Assembly: GCA_020536535.1 (NCBI GenBank)
Contig: JAHLWZ010000191.1
Coordinates: 1 to 64,000, forward strand
Direction: 5' to 3'
DNA: 64,000 nucleotides
Origin: Pelomyxa schiedti
Taxonomy: Eukaryota; Protista; Evosea
Shown: positions 23,345-36,800 of the stretch, one piece after another
Layout: the number at the start of each line of letters is the position of its first letter
How positions within the stretch are numbered: position 1 is the stretch's first letter
The notes under the pieces: generated by a model
Seen by the model: only the letters and a program-made list of their open reading frames with translations
The model's database searches: none
Told to the model about the DNA's origin: nothing
Made by a program: the position numbers and the translations under genes

Positions 23345-23705
23345 TTTCGGCTGCTGTAGTATCGTTACAACCTCGAGCTGTGGTGTTTTATTTTTTATTA
23401 TTGTTGTTGCTCTTATTTGTGAAGAGTCGGTGGAAAAACCGTTTGCAGGCAAATGTTGTCTATTTTTGACTTGACCACAGGTCACAATAGAGAAGCCACA
23501 CTAATTTTTTTATGTTCGCTGCCAACTTGGGGCCAAATAGAAAGGTATGGCGGCAATTGGAAAGGTGGGCGTGACAATTATTCACCACACCTCCCATAGT
23601 TGTGACTAGTAAAGCCAATTGTGTTGTGGGCCAATTCAATGGCTGCACAAGAGGAGTTCCAGTCCACACTGATAGAATGTGAAGCGTGCGTACTCTGTTG
23701 CACTT

Positions 23706-26700
23706 TCAGTGTTTGGACCACACATATGCAAACAGACAGTCAGTGAGTCCTTGCTGAACTAGCTTCCGTGTTGTTGTGCACGGAGGCAGTAGGAAAACTT
23801 GCATCGAGTAGGCATTCGGCTGCTGCGCCTCAACAATTCCGGCCTGCCATACAAAAAGTTAGTTATCAGTTGTGGGTACTGATTTGTGGGTGCGTACTTT
23901 ATCACCCTCCTGTAAGCGATACAGGAAGCTGTCAAATGCAGGGCAATCACAGGGCATGTGGGGCACAAGAGCCATTACTTTGCATGGCATCCCCTGAAAG
24001 ATTCTTGCAAGGTGCATAACAGGAGTCTGAGTTGTAACGTTGATCTGTGTTGGTCTACAGCAGTGCTGTTTGTTAGACATGCGAATGAAAGTACGGCATA
24101 CAAAGCAACTGAGCTGTAAGGTGAAACCCAAAAGCCAACAACATTGCACAGTGGGATGCCTGTTTGAACCAGTTCCCCAAAGAAAAGCTATTTGTGGTTG
24201 GGAAAAAGAGGGAGGAAGGAAAACATACTCCATCAAGTGACCTAGGGGTGGCACTCTGTGACATAAGCCACTGGTCTCGCACTGATGCTTGTTGCTGGGT
24301 TTGCATTGTCTGAAGTTGTGGAGCTTGCATCTGGGGAAGGGATTGTAAAAAATTCGTTTGTGTAACAGGTCCACAGAACTGGTCTGCAATGCTCTGTGGT
24401 TGGTTTCTGAAGCGAGATTGTGTGGAAGAGTTGAGGGGTTCGTTTGATGTGGAAAAGAAAAAAGGCTGTGAACTGGGGTACTGAAATCCATAGGGTTGGG
24501 TGAGTGAGGGTGCGGGAGTGTTAAAACTACCTGCAGTTTTGTCACTTGGGTTGGTTGGAGATGTGTTGGTTGTGCTTGAGGGTGGAATTGACACAGTAGA
24601 TGTTCCTGTGTGCTGAAGGTGGGTGCATTGATGAGGATAATGGCCTTCTTCTCCACAAGCTAGGCAAACTCGTGGACACCACTCCAGGCTTAGTACTCTG
24701 GCAATTCATTGGAAATTGAGATTGCAAAATGGGAAGTTACTTGTTGTCAAGCATTATTTTATCCATTCTGGTGGGGAAAAAAAAGAAGAAGAAAAAATCA
24801 ACAGAGCAACATGTTACTGGCTTTTCATACGTTTTCAATGCACTTAAAGCACAGTCAGTACTTCTGAATTCTATGCTTCCTATCTGTTGGCCGTTTCTGT
24901 TGTGCTGGTGAAAAGCAATCCTCTTTCCCTGCCATTTACCTGTCTTGGAAAATGACAGTGTTTACTGGATCAAATCTAGAAAACATGACACGAAGTTCCT
25001 CCTCAGAACAATTTTCAACACCCTTTGCAAAAATGAAAGTTGAGAGAGCATTATGCAATGTTGTTGGATTTTGGCGTTCCTCAGTACAACTTGGATCAGT
25101 TGTGCGAATTAGTGTATGTTGTGTCTTCGTGAGAGCCTGTCCTGATTGACTTGGAGATTGTAGGAGTGGGGATTGTGACAACTGCTGAGGAGTTTGTGAT
25201 GGTGACTGTGTTGGCTGAGTGAGAGTTGGTGAGGGAGATGGATGAGGAGGAAATTTGTCAGAATCGGTCTGTTAGTGCATAAAGATCCAAGTGAATCACA
25301 AAAAAGAGTGTTACCTGCCCGGGAAGTCTGATTTTTGCCATGTGTGGATGCTTGACATTACTTTTGGAATCTTCAAGTTGTATAGTTCCTGTGGAACTAG
25401 TGTGCAGTTGTTTCCCTTCAGATGTCAATACTTCTGACCCCGTATTGTGAGGGTTTTCATATGTTCTGGAATTCAATTCTACCACAGAAGGTTTGGATTC
25501 CACATTCGCCTTAGAGTCTGGAAGTGTTTGTGTGCATGATGTTGATTCCGATTTCTGCTCTGGGACCTTCTTTTCCTCTCCGTTCGATGGGTTCTCCTTG
25601 GGCACTACTGGTACATCAATCCTTTTCTTTGGTGGTTTGTGTTTTGCAACAGTGATATCAGCCACAGAGGAATTCGACTTGGTTTTTGTTTCTGATACAG
25701 CCTTAGTTTTGGGTTCTGTTGAGTCAGCTTTCGGTTTTGTGCTTTTCTCCGCAGAGGTCGATGCAGAGGAAGGAGCCTCTGCCAGGGGTGTTTTCTTTTG
25801 AGTTGCTTTTTTCTTTTTCTTCCCTTTTTTCGTTACTGTCTGCTTCTTCTCAGGCTTTGATTTCTTGACACGTGCTGAATTCTTGGTGGTGTTTTTCCCA
25901 TGTCGTTTCTTGGTTGTGTCTTCCACATTTACTTTTTCAGGTACCACAGTGGCAGATTGCCCTTTTCTCTGGAAAGGTTTTGTTCAGTTGAGTTATGTAA
26001 TTTTGATTTCTACAAGATAGAGGGTAGAAAAAGAAATTAAAATGGTAAGGTGATTCTTACTCTCTTCGATCTTGGGACATGTGCATTTTTCTTGGACTGT
26101 GGAGTGGGTGATTTCGAGTAGAAGTAAAGAGTAAAACGTACCCCCTTGGACTCTGACGCTGCTTCAGAAGATTTGACAGGTGAATCGGCCTTTTTCCCCT
26201 TCTAGAAGAAATGAGATTTCATCCCTGAACACAACTAACCTTTTTTCGTTTCCTGTGAGGTGGTGATTCCGATTTACTTCCACTGTCGGAATCACTAGAG
26301 CTTGAATTGTCACTGGAACTCACAGTTTTATTCCCCTCAGATAAGCTTGAGTTGGAATCAGAATGCTCACTTCCAGAGTCACTTCCTCCATCGCGAGTCC
26401 CAGCTTTGCCTCCTCTGCCTTTCCGTTTTGTAGTAGCTGTCGTTGCCTGTTGCCTTGCCGTTGTGGTGGCGCCGCGTGGGCGCCGCCCGCGTGCAGATGA
26501 TGTGGCTTTGGGAGGTGGCTGGGTGTCACTGTTGCTCCTCGAGGACTCGTCGTCGCTGCTGTCGTCAGATGTTGAAGGCGTTCGAAGTACTAAGGCAATT
26601 GAGTTATGCTCGACATAGTGTGAAAAGAAGAAAAAAAAAAAAAAGAGACGAAACGAGCAAACAAAACGAACAAAGAAAAAAGAACATGTAGGTACTAACT

Positions 26701-26793
26701 TGAAGAACGATTAGACGCAGTCAAAGCCTTGATTTGTTGCCTCTCAGTCTTGTTTGGATCCCTCCACGCCTTTAAATCTGCTGTCCCACTCAT
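23706..26793 (-). CDS. RRM + CCHC zinc knuckle + SPOC domain protein (FPA/Spen/RBM15-like)
   Basis: RRM (IFAKGVENCSEEELRVMFSRF..IGSIEF), knuckle CLACGEEGHYPHQC, and C-terminal FFGELVQTGIPLC..PTQINV..ALVPHMPCDCPAFDSFLYRLQEGDKAGIV..VFLLPP resembling the FPA SPOC domain. Confidence 0.7.
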
Positions 26794-27018
26794 CTGTTGT
26801 TGTACTGCTGTAGCTGTATTTTTTTTTTCTTTTGTTCCGTATTTGTCACCGAACTGATCGAAACACTCACTAGCAGGGGAATCACTCATGCCAAATGCCC
26901 TGCCCGAATTTCCAACGTTCTGTCATTTACGTTGCGAGAAACACTAGGCCTCCGTCAGACTGACAGATCCGCAAGGATTTCAGAAAACAAAAAAAAAAAC
27001 GTCCGAGCGTTGTGGGGA

Positions 27019-27918
27019 ATGGCGTCAACAACAACCAGAGATGCACTAAGCGTAATGGCGTCACGGAGGAGCACAAAGATGTTCCTTCCAACTCCGATCT
27101 CCCGTGATGTGGTGGCGTCCATTGTGGAGTGCGGACGCATGGCGCCAACGGGAATGGACGCCCAATCTGTCAATTTCTACGTTGTCACGCGTGGGTGCCT
27201 CCCTTCTTCACTTTGGAATAACGAGCGTTTTGAAGTGTTTAAACGTTTTTCTTATTGATGTAAGGTTTCCGTTTGTTGACTTTCCCCCCCAATTGCAGAG
27301 AAAGCATTGGTAGATGAGATAGCGACGTCCACGGAAGCTGTCGCACTGACCAAATTCCCGCACCTTGCTGCTCGCAAGGCTAAACTTGGTGTGTCCAATG
27401 CCATCACATATGGTGCTCCCGTTGTCATTCTTCTGACATATCCCACTGTATGGCCTCGCTATGTTTCGTAATTTTACTCATATCCGTATTTACTCTCTTG
27501 TAGGGCGGAATGTGTGGACAAATTGATGTTGGTCACACTGCGGGTAGTAACCTTATTTGTTGTCTTCCCATTTTACTTATCTTTCTTCTTGCCCACAGAG
27601 AATATTCTTATCGCTGCTGAGGTTTCTATTTGCATCAAGTGTTACATTATTAAACTTTCTTTAGGCACATGGACTTGGCGCTGTGCCCACATTGGTTCCT
27701 CAAATAAATGCAGAGAAAATATTCTCGCTAGTTGGAGCCGATTCGACAAAGGAAACGTTTGGACTTCTGATCCCAATTGGAGAAGCAGACCCCCGCTACC
27801 GCAATGAAGGCTGTATGCTTTTACACTCCCATTCCTGCACTGTGTTAGCGTGCCTTGACTCATTTCTCTAGTAATACCCGCCAAGACCATCAAAAGCAAA
27901 GTCGTATGGAAGGAGTAG
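27019..27918 (+). CDS. FMN-dependent nitroreductase family protein
   Basis: SRRSTKMF..I..IVECGRMAPTG.DAQS..FYVV, YGAPVVILL, ENILIAAE..GLG, LIPIG. Confidence 0.85.
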
Positions 27919-28142
27919 ACAGGCACAACAACCACAACAGACACAACCCTTACCTTCGAATATGAAAACCAAGATCACATAAAAAAATCGAAAAAAAATA
28001 CATCAAAAATCAAGGAGGCCGAACGGCCGGAACCGAAGCCGACACCAAATAGAAGAAAAGAAAAAAACAAACCCAAAAAGCAACCAGGGCCAGGCACATC
28101 CCAATACCCGCTCCCATAATCACCACACGATCCGCGGTCCCC

Positions 28143-30825
28143 ATGAGTAGATTGTCTTCTGAGCAACAACCAGTCACAGAGGAGTCCCATTCACCCCGCA
28201 GCTCCACTGCCACCTCCACCTCGACACCAACGCCCAAACCCATAAGCACAACCACGAGCACGAGCACAGGCACGAGCACTACGGGTACGGTCTCAGCGTC
28301 AGCATCGGCACCAGCAACAACAACCACAACATCAACCACGACATGCACTTCTAGTAGCAGTAGCGTGTCTTTTGTTGCCCATGCGTCGGGAACACCGTCG
28401 GTCAATTTGGACCCTTTGGTATCATTCATTGCCCCTGTCCTCTTTCGTGCTTTTTCCATTTTGTGCTTTTTCCCTGCGTATTCATCTTCGTCTGTTGTTA
28501 AACTCTTTTCTTTTTTTTCCTTCGGGTCTTTTTCTTTTTTTTTGGGTTGTGTTTTGTTTTGTTTTACTGATGTGCTCTTGTAGAAACCCATATTTAAAAG
28601 TATGACAGTTGCTAGTCTTGGTGCTGGTGCGGCAGATAACTCCATGCGGTAAAGTTTCACCTCTTAAAACGGGAGGTTGTTGTGAATAATTTCTCTTAGT
28701 CGCGAGATGGAGAAACGTGGCAAATTAGCAGTGATGCCCAGGCCAGTGGGTGATGACCGTGTGATTAAGGTTCGTAACAAAGGGCCACTTTTTTCCCCCT
28801 CATCCATGAACAGAGTGTGGATATTCCTGAGACAAGGGCTCTGGAATCAGGCCTTCTGTTTTGCGGCGAAGGAGATAAACCTGCGTTGGGGCTTCTCCGC
28901 AATCACCTCGCAAAAGAGGGTCCTTATTACTCTCCACAAAAAAGTGTAATAATTCCCAGTACAGGAAGACTAGAGAAAACTGCTGCCCTGAAGCTTATCG
29001 CAATGGGCACAGAATTGCTGGCCACAGAACCAAATATGCTTTCTATCGAGGCACCTGTTGTCAGTATGCTATAACTTGTGGTTTTTAAAATATGACGCAT
29101 AAAAAGTTTGCGGCGACATTCATGGCCAGTTCTATGACTTAATGACCTTCATGGAACTTGCTGGCTCTCCTTCCTCCAACAAATTCCTCTTCCTTGGTGA
29201 CTATGTTGACAGAGGTAAAAAAAAACTTCCCAATTTACACTTTCAAAAATCTGATTTTATTTTACAGGTGACTTTTCTACTGAAGTTGTCTTCTACCTTA
29301 TTGCACTGAAAATAAATTTCCCTGATTCTGTCTTCTTATTAAGAGGCAACCATGAATCACGGCTTATGTGCGAATACATGACATTCTGCGTAGAATGTGC
29401 CCCTCCCACCCCCGTGCCCCTTTCTCGTTCTTAGTATTTTAGGTGAGCACAAATATGACCCAGAGGTTTACAGTGCCTTTGCAAAGCTCTTTGACAATCT
29501 ACCTCTTGCAGCCTTACTGACAGGAAATTTGCATGGCCCAAGTTTGTGCATGCATGGTGGCTTGGGTCCTAAGATTAATACTGTATCATTCTCTTATATC
29601 TGAGTATGCCAATAATATTATCAAAGTTGGATGACATTCGAAGGATCTCAAGATTTTCTGAACCCCCCCAGGAGGGTCCACTTTGGTCAATTCCTTATCA
29701 CACTCTTTCTTGTTGTTGACCATTTTGTAGTGATATCATTTGGTCTGATCCAGTCAACGAGTGGGACCCTTCAGATCCTGACTTCGAAGATCTCACTCTT
29801 GAGGTCTGTATCAGTTGACCTCTATGTTTTTTTACTCCCCTTTTTGTTGACTTTGTGGTTAGGAATGGCAAAAAATCACATTTTATGAAAATGTACCTCG
29901 TCATACTTCTTATTTCTTTGGACGGGCAGCAATCGAACCTTTCCTGCAGAGGAATGGATTGGCTTGCATTATCCGAGGTCACCAAGTACAAGACCTTGGA
30001 TATATGGTGTGCAACTAGAATTCTTCAATAGTTCTCTTAGCTTCGTACAGCAACACTTCTTTGGTGTCACCGAGCGAGCGCTGCCCATGGTTTACACCGT
30101 TTTCAGTGCGCCCAACTACTGCGATCAATATGGAAATATGGTTGTACCCTACTCTCGTTTAATGCACTTGTGCCTTACCACCAACCAAATCAGGGAGCCC
30201 TCATGAGGTACACAAGCACCCACATCGGTCTAGAGCAGTTCCAAAGCGTACCTCACCCATATAACCTTCCCGATTTTATCGACTGCTTTACATACTCACT
30301 TCCATTCATGCTGGAGCAAAGTTGAGAACGCAATTCACAATTCCGCAATCCCAAAACCGCTACATACTCCTGCACACCACTCGCACCACTCACGCCGCTC
30401 ATGTCCCACCAATCCTTACTTCAAATTAGTTGTCATGATATTACAGAAACTGGTCATTCAGATGCGTGATATGGGACCCGACCTCAGCCCGGAAGAGCAA
30501 GCAGCAGACGATGACCTGAGAATGAAGTGTCAGAAGCTATTTGCTGCATCACAAAGACAGAGGCACCACTCCTCTATACCCCTTTTCATTTCTGTTAACC
30601 CCACAACAGGGCTAAAGTCGACGTCATCAAACGCGCAGTTGCAAGCTACACGCGTATGCTTTTTCTTCCCCCCAAAGAAACCCAAGCACTACTAACACAA
30701 GCACAGAAAAAATGTCACAGTTCAAAAGAGTTTTGCAGCTGGACATGGCTAATGAGGCCGCACCACGCCCTGTCAGGATCACGAAGAAGCCCTCCCTCAA
30801 ACGCAACTCCTCAGCCGTCTTCTAA
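28143..30825 (+). CDS. Calcineurin A (PP2B) catalytic subunit-like phosphatase with a Ser/Thr-rich N-terminus
   Basis: [35 protein letters not shown], CnB-binding [14 protein letters not shown], and autoinhibitory-like [15 protein letters not shown]. Confidence 0.9.
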
Positions 30826-30882
30826 TCTCAGCCCCGTCTCATTTTCTGAACAAGTTGTTTCGTTTTTTCCTTACCAAAAAAG

Positions 30883-33718
30883 ATGAGGTGGGCTCTGTGG
30901 TCGCTGGTGGTGTTGAACGTGTACGTTGTGGGAGGCGCGCTGCAGCGTGCCGCGATTATGGGTGGTGCAGCACCCGGCTGCGATGAGGAGGGTGTCACTG
31001 TGCCCCCTGATTGGGAAGCCAAGTTGGCCGCAGGGAACATGTTGGTCAGCGAAACACTGCCTGACAACTCAGCCTACATGGCCACAATAGGAAACGGCAC
31101 GTTGTATTTTGGATTTCGTGTTTTTGCGTTTGTTTGCTTTGGTGTTCTTGGATTTGCATAGAGGGCTGCCAGCTTATGTGGATGCTTGCAGGTTACTTGG
31201 CAACGTTTGTGAGTTCTGATACGACCTATGTATCTGGTGTATATAATGGTGAAGCTACATCAGCCCCTTCTCACAGAGCAAGGTGCACCACACTAAGTGA
31301 TTTTTATCTATTTAATCAATTCCGTTTCTTCTTTCCACATAATAGGATTCCTGGGACTTCTTCAATTTCCATCACAAATGCTGTTGATCCTATATATGCC
31401 TTAGATCTTGAGTGTGCTGTCTTCTTGAAGCGTTCAACTGTAAGTTTCATTTCCGTGATAAAAGAAAAAGGCGAGTGCTTATACTCTTGGAAATAGGTGC
31501 AAGGAGCATCTGTGGAGCAGAGGTGGTATGCACCATACAATGCACCTGCACTCCTGGTCCACGAGATTGAGGTCAATGCATCCTCTGAAGTCACACTATT
31601 CCTCAACCTGAACTCTGGGAGTACTTCTGATGATATTGCATTTGAAGATGTTGTGGATCCTCCAACTGGAACAATTTTTCGTCAGGGTTAGTTATGTACC
31701 TTTTGGAGGAGCTAGCTAAGTAAGTGTAGGGTACACGAAAGTTTCTGAGGAAACTGATAGTGCTACAACTGGTGTTGCCATTATTTACACAGTTGTACCA
31801 AACAGTCTCTCAGTTGGAGCCAACAGTTCAACGACTTTCTACTTTATTACAGCAATTAGGACAACTCTGGATACAAATGCTAGCATGTTGTTGGATACAA
31901 CAGTTCAGATTTACAACAATGCTGTTGCCAACAAAGATTATTTGCTGAACGAACGTAGTACCTCCATATTTTTCTCTTTCATATGTTGTTAGATAAATCT
32001 GCATGGTCCAAGGTGTGGGAATCTGGTATTGAGGTAGCAGGTGACCTGGAGCTTGCACAAGCAATAAATAGCTCTATTTACTATATTCTCAGCAGTGTGC
32101 GCGAAGATTGGCAATATCCACTTCTTATCTTCAAACCCATTTACGTTTATGTTAACCTTTACTCATCATAATTATAGCTTATCTCCAGGATCCCTTGCTA
32201 GCAATGGTGCTCCTACAGCGTAATACCTACTTTTTTTTTAAAAAAGTGGTGCAGGGTACAATGGGCATGTTTTTTGGGACTGTGAGACCTGGATGTTCCC
32301 AACAATGTGTGTGTTTTATCCCAGTATTGCAAAGTCTCTTTTGCAGTACCGCCTTGACCGAGTAAGTGGTGCAGAGATAAAAGCAAAGAGCTATGACGAA
32401 GGGTACATTTTTCCCTTTCTTTAATCCATTTTCTTAAACAGGCAGATGGGTTGGTGCCATGTATCCTTGGGAGAGTGCGTTTACTGGGCAAGGTTTTCGA
32501 CAATGACTCAATAAATTGAAATTAACATCTTATAGAAACTTGTCCTACCTGGGCTGGTACTGGTCTTCGTGAGCAACATATAACGGGTGATGTCGCTTTT
32601 GCTGCCAAACAGTACACAAAGAACCAATGGAAAATGTCTTACTTATTGTCCCAGATATTGGTGGATGACAGGAGACACCGATTGGCTATCACGTGCTTGG
32701 ACAATGATAGAAGAAATCGCTGGTTGCCACTTAACATCTCCCTACTAGTAATTTTTTTTTACCATATTGCAGACTTCTGGGTCGGCAGGGTTGAGCCAAC
32801 TGGCAGCGGATACTCGATCACTGACATAATTCCTCCCGACGAGTACGCCGATCATGTAGCCGATAGTGTTTACACAAACTACGTGGCTAGTGAGGCTCTC
32901 AACTTTGCCACTACTGTGGCCAAAATCTTGGGCTACACACCCAATCCTTACTACACTTCGGTGTCTGAGGCTCTTAATATTTTATTTGATGAAGCATCTC
33001 AACTACATCCTGAATATGATGGGTATGCAGGGCAAACCATTAAGCAGGCCGATGTTGTTCTTCTGGGCTTTCCTTTGATGATGGAAATGGATGACTCTGT
33101 AAGGTGGAAAACCTCTCACTATTTCTCTCCTGACTGTCTTCCCCCAGGTTGAATGACCTCATTTATTACAGTGATAGAACAGATTCACAAGGTCCAGCAA
33201 TGACATACTCAATGCACGCGATTGCTTGGATAGAGCTCGGAGACATAGCAAATGCCACCCAACCTTTCAAGCAGAGTTATGCCAACATTCAACCACCATT
33301 CAATGTTTGGAGCGAGACCCCGACTGGGGGTACATCGAACTTCATCACGGGAGCTGGTGGATTCCTACAGGGTCTGTGGGCTGGATGGGGAGGTAAATGT
33401 CCCATGCAATGAGTCTCTTCCTTATTTCCACCAGGGGTAAGAATGGGCGACTCCGGTATCACTTTTAATCCAGTACTTCCACCTACTTTGAGCTATATCA
33501 AGTACCGGGGACTGCACTATTTGGACAATTCCATTGACATCAGGTTGTCCTTCCTGGGCTTTCTTTTTCACTCATCCACAATGTGCAGCTTCGACTCAGA
33601 GCAAATATGTTTCACACTTGTAACACAGGGAGTGCCCCTGTATGTAGACAACACTCTGCTCAGTGCAGTACCACAATGCTTTGGCATAAAAGCGCAACCA
33701 TTATCCCTTCACACCTAA
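30883..33718 (+). CDS. Glycoside hydrolase family 65 (PGGHG/acid trehalase-like), with signal peptide
   Basis: IGNGYL, GHVFWDCETWMFP, EQHITGDVAFA, PPDEY (catalytic Glu), KQADVVLLGFP, GPAMT, FITGAGGFLQ. Confidence 0.9.
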
Positions 33719-33823
33719 GAACTTGTGTGGCTTGTGGAAAAATAAAAAAACAAATGATAAACAAGAAGGATACTGTGTTGTTTTTTTTTATAAATAAACC
33801 CTGAGACCGGTATGTATCTAAAC

Positions 33824-36800
33824 TTACAATTTGCCGTTTTTTTCCGCAACAGCCCTTCTGAAAGCCTCTACCAGCTCAGGAACCACATTGACATCAGTCA
33901 AAGTAGACAAATCACCCAGAGTGTCCAAAGCCAAATGTCCATCTTCCTCATTTGGGGTCTCACACTGCAGTCCACGTCCTGAAGATGAGACCCCACCCCC
34001 ACATTGTATTGCTATGTTGCGGAGCAAACGCCTCATGGTTTTGCCTGAGCGGGTCTTTGGGAGTCTGTTGGTAATCACCACGGTGTCAGGTGTGGCCAGA
34101 GCGCCCACTCTCAGCCGGACTTCGGACTTGAGAGACTGAAGAAGCTCTGGGGTGGACATCTCCCCCATTCGGAGTGTGCAGAACACCACAATGCTCTCTC
34201 TGATTGAATGAGAGTGGAGTTAGCTTGTTTGTTTGTTTTGTTTTGTTTTGTTTTGTTTTGTTTTGTTTTGTTTTGTTTTGTTTTGTTTTGTTTTGTTTTG
34301 TTTTGTTTTGTTTTGTTTTGTTTTGTTTTGTTTTGTTTTGTTTTGNNNNNNNNNNNNNNNNNNNNNNNNNNNNNNNNNNNNNNNNNNNNNNNNNNNNNNN
34401 NNNNNNNNNNNNNNNNNNNNNNNNNNNNNNNNNNNNNNNNNNNNNTTTGTTTTGTTTTGTTTTGTTTTGTTTTGTTTTGTTTTGTTTTGTTTTGTTTTGT
34501 TTTGTTTTGTTTTGTTTTGTTTTGTTTTGTTTTGTTTTGTTTTGTTTTGTTTTGTTTTGTTTTGTTGTATTAATAGGGAGTATTTTATGGGTTCGTTTAT
34601 CTTCGGAGTGGGAGTGCACACCCTTTGTGTGGATTTGGAATTCCAACAGCGGCGGCCTCGAGAATTGAGGGACTGTTAAGCAGTGCATTTTCCACATCAG
34701 TGGAGCCAACACGCCTACCAGAGACGTTGATGAGGTCTTCAACTCTTCCCATTACAAAGTAATAGCCATCTTTGTCTCGAATCACCCAGTCTCCGGTAAG
34801 ATAGTAGCCTAGATTTTTCCTCAACAATAGTGATCAAAGAAGGCTGGATACCTGGATATCGAGAGAAATACTTCTCAAGGAACTCGGCGTGATTCCCAAA
34901 AATGGTTTTGGCTGTCCCAGGCCAGGGATTCTTGATCGCTAGGAGGCCTTGTACATCGTTTCTATGGTACTCCACACCAGTAACGGGATCCAAAACCACA
35001 GCCATAATGCCAAAGAATGGCATTCCACAAGAACCCACCTTCAAACTTGAACAACCTGGTATTGGGGACAGTAACACTCCTGTTTGAGTACTTAACGATG
35101 GCTCATTTGGTTCATAGTTGAAGTACCTCCTGACTCTGTTTGCCAGTAAGTATCTGCTAAAATACACCTCCTGTCTCCCACTTCCTCAAAGAACCATTTC
35201 CAGGCGTCCGGGTTCAAACATTCCCCTACTGAAGACATTATACGCAAGGATGAACGGTCATGTGGTTTAAGGTGATCAGAACTGTATCTCATCAGTGATC
35301 TGATTGCTGCAAATGCACAATCAGTTTAACCAGGAGATGAATATTGTACCAACTGGTGAGGTGTAGAAATGGGTGAATCGATGTCGTTGGCACATTTCCC
35401 AGTATCTCGAAGGTGTCGGATACATAGGAGTTCCTTGGAACAAAAAAGTGGTGCAACCCAGCGAAAGAGGACCGTACACCATGTACGTATGCCCAGTGAT
35501 CCATCTGTATTCAAGTAAGAAAAAGCACAGAGTCTGTGGGATGACTCAACCCAACATCAACGACAGCAGCAAATAGATCCCCCTGGCGCAAGTCAAAGGC
35601 CAAGGCAGTAGTTGCTGCAGCATAGAGTAGATAACCAGCTGTGGAATGCACGAGACCCTTCGGAACACCTGTAGAACCAGATGTGTAGAGCACAAAGAGG
35701 CTATCACCGCTATCCATCCATTCACATGGACATGGTTGGGAATAAAGTGGTTCGTTAAGTACAGATTCATCAATTGCACTTAAAAAGGAATCAGGAGGTT
35801 TCAAAAGGAATACGAAATCTGTACTCACAATTCCATTCCATTTGTATATGCTGGACTAGTGCCCAAATTAGAAGGTGTTGCTGGGCAAGTTTCACTATTT
35901 TTAAATACCAAGACTTTTGAGAGGCACGGGCAACGCCGTACTACTTCATCCACCACCCTCTTCAAATGAAAGATGCGGCCAGCTTTTGTGGTGCACTCAA
36001 CAGTCAGTATTGTTTTTGAGGAACAATTGGTGACTCTGGACACAAGTTCATCTGCACCAAACCCAAAAAATACGACACTGTGAACAGTTAATTGAGTAAA
36101 TGAAAGGAACTTGGTACTTGCCTGTGAATTGCACCAATTCTTGCACAGGCAAGCATTGAGATAATCGCCTCGGGGCAATTCGTCATGAATATCGTTACTA
36201 CGTCACCTTTACTAACACCAACGCTCTTGAGTATATTTGCAACTGCACAGACTTGCTTATGCAGCTGCTTGAACGTAATATGACAAACTTGAGTTGGTTG
36301 GTCTCCTTCCCATATTACTGCAAGCTATCAAGGGAAAATGTTGAGAAATAGAAAGATGAGTGACTGATAGAGTAACCTGATTGCCTTTGTCAGGTAACCA
36401 GCGATCCAAGCAGTTGTAGCACGCATTGAGTTTTCCCCCACGGAACCAAGACACTTCCTCATCAAAAAATGTACTGCAAGGAAATGAGCATTAGGATAAA
36501 AAAAAAAAAAAACCTACCCTTGTCTTGTGGAAGTGAAAGGTTTAAACCAGTGTAGGTATTGGGAACCCAGCTAAAGGAAGTTAGTAACACATTAATATGA
36601 TTTCAAGTAATGCAACCTCGGCCCAATACCTATCAGGTTCCCTAATGCTATCCGCGAAAATCTATATTAACACCATCAGCATGAGCCAAATAGGTTAACC
36701 ATACCCGCTGGTATTCCTCAGGAGATGGAATCCTGCTTGCCTCAGTACATCTACTAGGCACATCGTAAACGCCAGAAATAGCATCTGTCGCACAAGAAGG

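Noticed and set aside
34086-34742. ORFs encoding (KQNKT)n and (FCFVL)n
   Set aside because: These are translations of an intronic pentamer microsatellite and an N gap.
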